From Planctomycetota bacterium (GTDB lineage Bacteria > Planctomycetota > Planctomycetia > Pirellulales > Lacipirellulaceae), in the NCBI GenBank assembly GCA_039190745.1, contig JBCCXZ010000030.1:1-43246 (forward strand): a DNA stretch of 43,246 nt. The letters are read 5' to 3'. The notes under the pieces were generated by a model. It was not told where the DNA came from and did no database searches. It saw only the letters and a list, made by a program, of their open reading frames with translations. The translations under genes were made by a program, and so were the position numbers. This document shows, piece by piece, positions 10,453 through 18,151 of the stretch; position 1 is the first letter of the stretch, and the number at the start of each line of letters is the position of its first letter.

Positions 10453-10633
10453 CGAGCCGTCCTCCGTGGTGGCTGACCCCGTCGCGGCGGCTGTGACAAG
10501 CCGAAGAATCCTGCGCAGAGTTGGATATAAGCTGGCACGAACCCCAGGCCGAGTCAATCGCGGCCCCGTCTGAAGGCCGCAGGGTGCGTGGGGCGGCCAC
10601 TGCTAGCGGCTCGCGGGAGAGACGGGGGCGGGG

Positions 10634-11740
10634 TCAGTCGAGCTCTTCGATCCAGACGCGCAGCTCGTTTTCGTACTCGCTGGCGAGGTCGCCGATAACG
10701 AGCGTGCGTTGGAACGACGCCAAGCCGTCCGATCCGTTGTCGGCCTCGTCGGCCGAGCGGAAGCGTACCTCGGGGTCGGGCGCGGTGAGCCGTTTGCAGA
10801 TGTTCATCAGGAGGTCGCTGTCGCTGACCTCTTCGGGCAGGATCCGTTCGAGGCGCTGCGGGAGCGTCCACTTGGCTTCCAGCAGTTCGCCGAGGCTTTT
10901 CAGGCCGGCGAAGAGCGGGCGGCCGGCGAGGATCTCGATCAGCACGTAGCCGAGGCTGGCGAGGTCGGCCCGGGGGGTGAACTCGTTCCGCTCGAGCATC
11001 TCCGGCGCGGCGTACTGCGGCGTGCAGGTCCGCTGGTCGGGCATGTTGTTCAGGTCGAGCGCCGAGCCGATGTCGACGATCTTCGGGTTGCCGGTGCGCT
11101 TGACCATGATGTTCGAGGGTTTGACGTCGCCGTGGACGATTTCCTCTCGGTGGAGCGCCGCGAGGGCGGCGAGGCACTCTTTGACTATGGCCACGGCGAT
11201 GCCGGGCTTGAGCCGCGGACGTACCGGGCCTTCGGTGACGATGACGTTGTTGATGTACTCCCACCGCCGCTGGCTGACGCGTTCGCGGACGCGGCCGAGC
11301 ATAGCGGGGGTGAGGAGGTGTTCGAGGTCGTAGCCGTCGACCCACTCCATTTCCATGAGGCGGATGCGGTTCCGCTCGGTGAAGTTCTGCACGTCGAGCA
11401 GGTTGTCGTGCTGGATCTTGGCCACCCGGCCGGCGACCTGGGCCATGCGGTGCATGGCCTGGTCGTAGCTCTGCTCGCTGGCGTATCGTTCCGGCGAGAA
11501 GACTTTGAGCGCTAGCGGCAGGGTGAAGCCGTCGGAGCCGCGGCGGTCGCTGAGGTAGACGACGCCCTGGCCGCCTGCGCCGAGCAGGCGTCGGAAGCGG
11601 AGGTGCTCGGTCCAGCCCATGTACTGGCGGTCGAGCAGCTGCTCGTACCGGCCGTAGAGTTCTTCGGGGCAGCGGCTGACCTGCTCACCCTCAAAATTAA
11701 GGGTGCGTGTGCCCTGCAGTATGGTCGTCGATGGGTTCAT
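10634..11740 (-). CDS. Hanks-type Ser/Thr protein kinase (stand-alone kinase domain)
   Basis: LGAGGQGVVY, LALKVF, IVHGDVKPSN, KIVDIG, YAAPE, DLASLG. Confidence 0.92.
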   Translation of the reverse strand: MNPSTTILQGTRTLNFEGEQVSRCPEELYGRYEQLLDRQYMGWTEHLRFRRLLGAGGQGVVYLSDRRGSDGFTLPLALKVFSPERYASEQSYDQAMHRMAQVAGRVAKIQHDNLLDVQNFTERNRIRLMEMEWVDGYDLEHLLTPAMLGRVRERVSQRRWEYINNVIVTEGPVRPRLKPGIAVAIVKECLAALAALHREEIVHGDVKPSNIMVKRTGNPKIVDIGSALDLNNMPDQRTCTPQYAAPEMLERNEFTPRADLASLGYVLIEILAGRPLFAGLKSLGELLEAKWTLPQRLERILPEEVSDSDLLMNICKRLTAPDPEVRFRSADEADNGSDGLASFQRTLVIGDLASEYENELRVWIEELD

Positions 11741-11925
11741 CCAGGAGGTTCTGCGGCCGGGAGGAGGCTGCCGCGTCGGGAGCAGTCCTTGCTCGGGGTG
11801 GGGATCGAGGAGAGGGTGTCTTTGTTGCTGTTATCTTTGCTGTGACTACAAATTGCTGCGGGTGCCCATAAGTGACACCGTAGAACTACTCTTAGGATAA
11901 CTAGAACTTCGGCAACGCCCCAGGT

Positions 11926-12918
11926 TTATTGTTCCCGGCCCTGCTGCTCGAGGATCGCCTCGGGGGCAGGGAAGCCCAGCCGCTTGTTGACACCGTTTAT
12001 GAGTGCTTTTTTGGCGAAAAAGCGGTCGATGTTGCGGCAGAAGAGCTCTGTCATGTCGTCAATCCGGCTGGTCCGCTGGCCGCCGACGTGCGGAGTGATG
12101 AGGGTGCGTGGGGCCTCCCACAAGGGGCTTTCCTGCGGCAGCGGTTCGATTTCGGTGACGTCGAGCCCCGCGCCCCAGAGGCGCCCGGACTGGAGGGCCT
12201 CCACTAGGTCTGCCTCAACAACCAGCGGGCCTCGGGCGACGTTCACCAGGACGGCTTCGGGCTTCATCAGGGCCAAGCGGCGGGCGTCGATGATGCCCCG
12301 CGTGTGCTCGGTGAGCGGAGCGGCGAGGATCACCGCGTCGGCTCGCGGGAGGATGTCGTCGAGGCCTTCGGGCGGGAGCACCTCGTCGGCGTGGCGGCGG
12401 TTGGCCTCGGGGAACCAATCGGTGGCGAGCACTTTCACGTCGAAGGCGCGGAGGGTCTTGGCGATGAGCCGGCCGTTGCCGCCCAGCCCGATGACCGCGG
12501 CGGTTGAGCCGTAGAGGTCGCGCGTCGGACGGCGTATGAACTCACGCTTTTGCGTCGCCGCGAAGAAGGCCGGCAAGCTCCGCAGCGTGCCCGTTAGCAG
12601 CGCGAAGGCGTGGTCCAAGACTTGTTTCGCCAGCACGCCCGATGCGCTGGAGACGACGATGTCTTCCGCGGCCACAACCGGGGGGACGAGGCAGTGGTCG
12701 AGACCGGCCGCAGAGGATTGGATCCATTGCAACCGCCCGCGGCGGGTGACCTCCTCCCAGGGTACGGGGACTTTCGCGTGCCCGCAGTAGATGTCGGCGT
12801 CGAGCAGTTCCTCGGCGATGCGCTCCTGGCCGGCGTCGACGATTTCTGCGTTAGGCGCGGCCTGCTGGATCTGTCGTTTGTGGCGGCCTTCGACGGGGTA
12901 ACAAAGAACGATGCGCAA
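11926..12918 (-). CDS. D-2-hydroxyacid dehydrogenase family protein
   Basis: VIGLGGNG nucleotide-binding motif, APLTEHTRGII, LVNVARG, GAGLDV, EPLP, ITPHVGG. Confidence 0.92.
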   Translation of the reverse strand: MRIVLCYPVEGRHKRQIQQAAPNAEIVDAGQERIAEELLDADIYCGHAKVPVPWEEVTRRGRLQWIQSSAAGLDHCLVPPVVAAEDIVVSSASGVLAKQVLDHAFALLTGTLRSLPAFFAATQKREFIRRPTRDLYGSTAAVIGLGGNGRLIAKTLRAFDVKVLATDWFPEANRRHADEVLPPEGLDDILPRADAVILAAPLTEHTRGIIDARRLALMKPEAVLVNVARGPLVVEADLVEALQSGRLWGAGLDVTEIEPLPQESPLWEAPRTLITPHVGGQRTSRIDDMTELFCRNIDRFFAKKALINGVNKRLGFPAPEAILEQQGREQ

Positions 12919-13229
12919 GGCGGGCCTTTTTTAGAGTTTTTCTTTCCAATAAACCGAAGTAGGTCACTGAGTCTTTATGACAAACGTCTTTATGTCAGTC
13001 GCTTGGCGTTCCGGGGTGGGGCGACTGGCATCGGTTCGGGGTGGAGAGTTGGTGGGCCTCAGCGTATTATGAAGGATCAGGCGTGAGGGCCATAGGCGGC
13101 TTGTTTGTGCCTTTCCGTGTGAGGCTTACCCCCGCGGGCTCTTGAGACTCCCCGTCGTCGGCCGCGACCGAGGCTGTTTGTTTTTTCTGATTGCATTCTT
13201 CTCGACCTTTCGCAAGGGGCTCCGCCGTC

Positions 13230-14330
13230 GTGAGCGTTGATGACAAAGCCGCCCAGCGGGTTGGAGTGGGATTCGGCGCCACGGTCTTAGCAATCGTGCT
13301 GCTGAGGGTGTGCGTCGGCTGGCACTTCCTGAGCGAGGGCGCCAAGAAGATTACCTACAATGAGAGCACCCAGGAGTGGTCGGTCGACGTTCCGACCAAG
13401 GTGCTGCTTGGCCTGTCGAAAGGTCCGTTGGCTGGGTTCTACCAGTCGAAGTTGCCGGACACCCACCAGTGGAAGAAGCACCTGGCGGTTGCTGAGCAGA
13501 GCACGCCCGAGTCGCTCGCCGAGCTGCGGGCTTGGGTGGAGGGCTACGTCGCCCAGCGGAAGAAGGAGCTGAAGGCGGGTAAAGATGTCGAGATCGAGCT
13601 GCCCGAAGGCTTGCCGATTTCCGGCTGGTTCGGCGAGATCGCCGCGGACTGGGAGAAGGCTCAATCTCGGTTCGTCGCGCTCGAGGGCGTGACGGACGAT
13701 CAGGCGATCGCTTCGCAGGGCCTGCTGAGGAAGTACCAGCGGCAAGCCGCTGACGAGATCGCGCAGAACACGATGGAGATCGCCGAGTACCGCCACGAGC
13801 TCTGGCGGCTCGAGCAGCAGAAAGCAAAACCGGGCGCCGACGAGATCCCGTTCGAGAAAGAGCGGATCGCCGAGCGTGCCTGGGACACCGACCTGACGCC
13901 TCGGGCGTGGGTGGCTGCGATCGATCAGCTCGACGCGGCCTACGCGGAGTCGCTCCGCGGGTTGTTGACCGAAGAGCAGCGCGGCGGCGTGTTGAGCGAG
14001 CAGGTCGACGAGGCGGTGAGCGACCCGAAGGCGGTCGACCTTGAGAGGGTGAACGTCTTGATGACGTGCGTCATCACAGGGGTTGGCGTGTGCATGATGG
14101 CCGGTTTCATGACCCGGCTGGCCGGCGTGGTCGGGGCGGTGTTCCTGCTCTCGGTGATGTCGATGCAGCCGCCCTGGGTTGTCGGGGCGATTACGGACTA
14201 TTTCGGTTACCAACTGGTTGAGTGCGCCGCGATGCTCTTCCTGGCCGCCGTGGGCGCCGGTCAGTGGGCGGGGCTGGATTCACTTTGTCACAAGTTCTGG
14301 TCGGGTCGCGGCCAGCAGCAGGGGAAGTAA
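13230..14330 (+). CDS. DoxX-family membrane protein with a large extracytoplasmic insert
   Basis: LLRVCVGWHFLSEGAKKI at the N-terminus; VGVCMMAGFMTRLA...GAGQWAGLD at the C-terminus; about 230-aa helical insert between them. Start set at GTG 13230. Confidence 0.75.
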   Translation: MSVDDKAAQRVGVGFGATVLAIVLLRVCVGWHFLSEGAKKITYNESTQEWSVDVPTKVLLGLSKGPLAGFYQSKLPDTHQWKKHLAVAEQSTPESLAELRAWVEGYVAQRKKELKAGKDVEIELPEGLPISGWFGEIAADWEKAQSRFVALEGVTDDQAIASQGLLRKYQRQAADEIAQNTMEIAEYRHELWRLEQQKAKPGADEIPFEKERIAERAWDTDLTPRAWVAAIDQLDAAYAESLRGLLTEEQRGGVLSEQVDEAVSDPKAVDLERVNVLMTCVITGVGVCMMAGFMTRLAGVVGAVFLLSVMSMQPPWVVGAITDYFGYQLVECAAMLFLAAVGAGQWAGLDSLCHKFWSGRGQQQGK

Positions 14331-14333
14331 GCG

Positions 14334-16118
14334 ATGGAACTGTCGCCGGAAGATAAAGAAATCGGTAAGCAGAACTTTCACGAGGCCGTCGGCACCACGC
14401 GCCGCGACTTCCTGAAGGGCACCGTGATGGCCGGCGTCGCCGGCGGCGCTACGCTGGGCGCGACGTACTTCAAGTACGGCTCGATCAGCGGCGAGCCGCT
14501 CCGGGTCGGCATCATCGGCACGGGCGACGAGGGGGGCGTGCTGATCGGCGGGCTCAACCCGGACTACGTGAACGTGGTCGCGATCGCCGATATCCGCCCC
14601 TACAACATCCACCGCGCGTTCCACGGCGACTGGTCGAGCGACGGCACGAAGTACGCCCGCCCCGGGCTGATGGACGTGTACGGCTGGAAGACCGAGGAAG
14701 AAGCCCGCAAGACGGTGAAGGTCTACGACAACGACCAGACCGACGGGTACCAGGAGCTGCTAGACGACCCCGACGTGGAGGCGGTGATTATCGCGCTGCC
14801 GCTGTGGTTGCACGACGTCGCGGCCGTGCAGGCAATGCGGAAGGGCAAGCACGTCCTGACCGAAAAGCTGATGGCCCACAGCGTGGCGCAGTGCAAGGAG
14901 ATGGGCCGGGTCGCAAAAGAAACCGACAAGATTCTGGCCACCGGCCACCAGCGTCATTACAGCGTGCTGTACGACAACGCGGTCGACCAGATCAAACGCG
15001 GGCTGCTGGGCGACATCCACCACATCCGCGCCCAGTGGCACCGCGGCAACCTGCCCGGCAGCGACAGCTGGCAGCCGCCGATGCCGAAGAAGTACATCTC
15101 GCCTGAAGAGTATGTGGCGATGCGGCGTGCGGCCCGCCAACCCGGCGCGGCACAGAACGAAGCAGACCTGCGGGCCGAGTACAAGTTGGTCGAGGAGCTA
15201 CACTCCTGGAAACGCAAACTCGCCAGCACGACCGGCACCGAGGCCGAGAAGTGGGCCAAGAAGGTCGCCCACAAGGAGAAGCAGCTCGAAGACTACGCGG
15301 TGGACGCGGCGAAGTTCGGCTACGAGTCGAAACCGCTCCCGGGGGTTGGTCGGACACGCACCCCGCTGGAGGAGCTGATCCGCTGGCGGCTGTGGGACCG
15401 GACCGGCGGCGGGCTGATGGCCGAGCTGGGCAGCCACCAGCTAGACGCCTCGGGCATCTTCATCAGTTCGCAGCGGGACGACGGGGGTAAGGTGCTGCCG
15501 CTGAGCGTGGTGGGCGTGGGCGGCCGGCACATCTTCCCGGCCGACCGCGACGTAGACGACCACGTTTATTGCTCGTTCGAGTACCCCGGCAAGGGTTACT
15601 ACGAAGACTTTGAGTCGAAGAAGGTGGCCGACGACAACAAGAAGATCGTCGTCACCTACTCGTCGATCAACGGCAACGGCTACGGCGGGTACGGCGAGAT
15701 CGTGATGGGCACCGCTGGCACGCTGATCCTCGAGCGTGAGAAGGACGTGATGCTCTACAAGCGGTCGGAGACGTCGACGAAGATCTCCGTCAGCGAAGGG
15801 AGCGGAGGCGCGGTGATGAACACCTACGAGACCGGCGGCGGCATGGCCGCGGTGGCCGCGGCGGCGACGCCCGCGGAGGTGAGCCGCGGGTACCAGGAAG
15901 AGATCGAGCACTGGGCCTGGTGTATCCGCAACCCGGCGCCGGAGAACCAGCCGAAGTGCACGCCGAAGGTGGCGATGGCCGACGCTGTGATCGCGCTCAC
16001 CTCGAACATCGCGATGAAGGAGAATCGGCGGATCGAGTTCGAGGAGGCTTGGTTCGACATCGACAGCGACGAGACGCCGGAAGGGCGGAAGCCGCGGCCT
16101 CTGAGCGAGCTGGGTTGA
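14334..16118 (+). CDS. Gfo/Idh/MocA-family oxidoreductase with Tat signal
   Basis: TTRRDFLK twin-arginine motif, RVGIIGTGDEG, AVIIALPLWLH, GKHVLTEK, GHQRH, GGGLMAELGSHQLD; 3 nt after doxX. Confidence 0.9.
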   Translation: MELSPEDKEIGKQNFHEAVGTTRRDFLKGTVMAGVAGGATLGATYFKYGSISGEPLRVGIIGTGDEGGVLIGGLNPDYVNVVAIADIRPYNIHRAFHGDWSSDGTKYARPGLMDVYGWKTEEEARKTVKVYDNDQTDGYQELLDDPDVEAVIIALPLWLHDVAAVQAMRKGKHVLTEKLMAHSVAQCKEMGRVAKETDKILATGHQRHYSVLYDNAVDQIKRGLLGDIHHIRAQWHRGNLPGSDSWQPPMPKKYISPEEYVAMRRAARQPGAAQNEADLRAEYKLVEELHSWKRKLASTTGTEAEKWAKKVAHKEKQLEDYAVDAAKFGYESKPLPGVGRTRTPLEELIRWRLWDRTGGGLMAELGSHQLDASGIFISSQRDDGGKVLPLSVVGVGGRHIFPADRDVDDHVYCSFEYPGKGYYEDFESKKVADDNKKIVVTYSSINGNGYGGYGEIVMGTAGTLILEREKDVMLYKRSETSTKISVSEGSGGAVMNTYETGGGMAAVAAAATPAEVSRGYQEEIEHWAWCIRNPAPENQPKCTPKVAMADAVIALTSNIAMKENRRIEFEEAWFDIDSDETPEGRKPRPLSELG

Positions 16119-16147
16119 TTGTTTTCTTGATCGCTCCGCTCGCTGAG

Positions 16148-16224
16148 GGGTAGCACTCCTGGCTTTTCCAGCAGTGAATCTTAGTTGCTCTACTGCACTG
16201 CTGGACGAGCCAGCAGTGCCACCC
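16148..16224. repeat. REP-like inverted-repeat doublet
   Basis: GGGTAGCACTCCTGGCTTTTCCAGCAGTG (16148-16176) and CACTGCTGGACGAGCCAGCAGTGCCACCC (16196-16224) are reverse complements at 25/29 nt; each arm is itself palindromic. Confidence 0.75.
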
Positions 16225-16332
16225 ATCCGATGGCAACAGCGCGTTGCCGGGACGGGGTAGTGGTTACTTGTGGCGGGACTCGCCAGGCTGGAGAATAGCA
16301 ACTAGCGACAAGTGACTTCCGGGCGGTAGGCC

Positions 16333-17175
16333 ATGACCAGAGCGACCCCGAGTGCGGCGCCGAAGCTCAGCGACCTCGGGCTGGACCTGCTTAGGGTTTC
16401 CAGGGCTCAGGTCGTCTGGTCGGTTGTCTTACCGTTGCTCGCCTTCGCGGCGTATTGGCCGCTCGCTTCCCAGGGCTATTGGATTGCCGCGGTGGGTTGC
16501 CTTGTCGTGCTGAGCTTCAAGACCTACGGCTCAACTTCTCATGACCTGGTGCACCGCAATCTTGGCCTACAACCATTAACCAATGAGGTTCTGCTTGCAT
16601 TGTTCGAGGGGATCGCCCTCCGTAGCGGCCATGCCTACCGGGCAACTCATCTGTACCACCATGAGCACTACCCCTCTGAGGACGATATTGAGGCCGCCGC
16701 TTCGCGGATGTCGTTTCTGCGGGCTCTTCTTGAGGGGGTCGTCTTTCAGTTTCGGATCTACGGTTGGGCATTACGTCACGCGCGCAGGCGCCGCGTCTGG
16801 ATCGTTGCTGAGGGGGCGGCCGTTGTGTTGGCCGTAGTTGTGGCCGTCGCGGCTGCGGGGACCACGGAAGTTCCGCTGGTGTACGTTCTCTGTATGGTAG
16901 GCGGTAGCTGGATTATCCCACTGATCACGTCGTACGTCCCACACGACCCGTCGGGGGTAGACGAGTTGCATCAGACCCGCTTGTTCCGAGGCTTTTTTTG
17001 GCGACTGGTTGCGTTCGATCATCTCTACCACTTAGAGCATCACTTGTATCCAGCGGTTCCGCACCAGAATTGGCCGCAGCTAGCTGACCGCTTGGACCCT
17101 TGGTTCGCGTCTTCGGGGTTGCGGTCCGTGCGGGTTGGTCTAGATTCCCACGCCGTACCTGTGGGTGACGAATGA
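16333..17175 (+). CDS. Membrane fatty-acid desaturase superfamily protein
   Basis: His boxes HDLVH, HLYHH and HLEHH separated by TM segments. Confidence 0.85.
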   Translation: MTRATPSAAPKLSDLGLDLLRVSRAQVVWSVVLPLLAFAAYWPLASQGYWIAAVGCLVVLSFKTYGSTSHDLVHRNLGLQPLTNEVLLALFEGIALRSGHAYRATHLYHHEHYPSEDDIEAAASRMSFLRALLEGVVFQFRIYGWALRHARRRRVWIVAEGAAVVLAVVVAVAAAGTTEVPLVYVLCMVGGSWIIPLITSYVPHDPSGVDELHQTRLFRGFFWRLVAFDHLYHLEHHLYPAVPHQNWPQLADRLDPWFASSGLRSVRVGLDSHAVPVGDE

Positions 17176-17187
17176 GGCGGGAGGTGC

Positions 17188-18147
17188 GTGATGGGAAGGT
17201 GGCTTCGGTTCCTGTTCTGGCAGCCGTTTGCGCTCGCCTGTCGCAGATTTCCGCTGTGGCCCTTCCGCGCGACCGTCACCGAGCCGGTCAAGGGCGTCGT
17301 CTGTATCCAAATCGATAATGCGATCACTCGGCTGCTGAGTCGGTTCAGCGGCGGCTACGACTATGCGGTCTGTTATGCGGTCGACGGAGAGCTTTTGGTC
17401 GACACGGGCTTTCCCTGGGCGAGGGGCCGCCTCAGGCGAACACTGATTGAGCTGGGCTTAGACAAGACCCTACGGACCGTCGTCAACACGCACTATCACG
17501 AGGACCACACCGGCAACAATGACATGGTTGCAGGGTTGGCCGAAGTGGAGATTCTTGCGCACACCGTGGCTTTGCCTGAGATCCGCTTCGCTGGGGAGAT
17601 GCCGTGGTACCGTGGCTTTCTCTTCGGACCGTCACGGGTCACAGAGGTTTCGCCGATCGGCAGATCCTTAAGCACAAAGGCAAGCCGCTTCGAGGTGATC
17701 GACACGCCGGGCCACTGTCCGGGACATGTCTGCGTGTTTGAGCCGGAGAAGCGATGGCTATTCGGAGGCGACCTGTACATCGCTGCCGACCTGGACAGTC
17801 AGCTTAGCGACGCAAACGGCCCGCTGTGGATCGAGAGCCTTCTGAAGGTGCTCGACCTCCAGCCTGCTTGGTTATTCGACGCCCATGGCTTGGTGATTGA
17901 GGGAGAGGAAACAGTGGAGCGCCACCTCAAGCGGAAACTAGAGTTCCTCTGCGCAATCCGCGATCGGGTATCCGTTTACTCTGACCAAGCCCAGACGCTC
18001 GAGCAACTCACGAGAAAGGTGTTCGACTCGCGTGATCTTGTCGACTGGCTTTCTTTCGGCGATGGCTGGCTCTCGCTGATAACGGGATCGGACTTCTCCC
18101 GCGGCAACATTGTAAAGTCGTTCTTGCGGGAGCAGGCCGCGTCCTAA
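17188..18147 (+). CDS. Metallo-beta-lactamase-fold hydrolase
   Basis: LLVDTG, NTHYHEDHTG, TPGHCPGH, LFGGD, DAHG. Confidence 0.88.
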   Translation: MMGRWLRFLFWQPFALACRRFPLWPFRATVTEPVKGVVCIQIDNAITRLLSRFSGGYDYAVCYAVDGELLVDTGFPWARGRLRRTLIELGLDKTLRTVVNTHYHEDHTGNNDMVAGLAEVEILAHTVALPEIRFAGEMPWYRGFLFGPSRVTEVSPIGRSLSTKASRFEVIDTPGHCPGHVCVFEPEKRWLFGGDLYIAADLDSQLSDANGPLWIESLLKVLDLQPAWLFDAHGLVIEGEETVERHLKRKLEFLCAIRDRVSVYSDQAQTLEQLTRKVFDSRDLVDWLSFGDGWLSLITGSDFSRGNIVKSFLREQAAS

Positions 18148-18151
18148 GTCT

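Noticed and set aside
17188..18147. Antibiotic-resistance metallo-beta-lactamase
   Set aside because: Only the generic HxHxDH fold motif; no class B beta-lactamase-specific features or resistance context.
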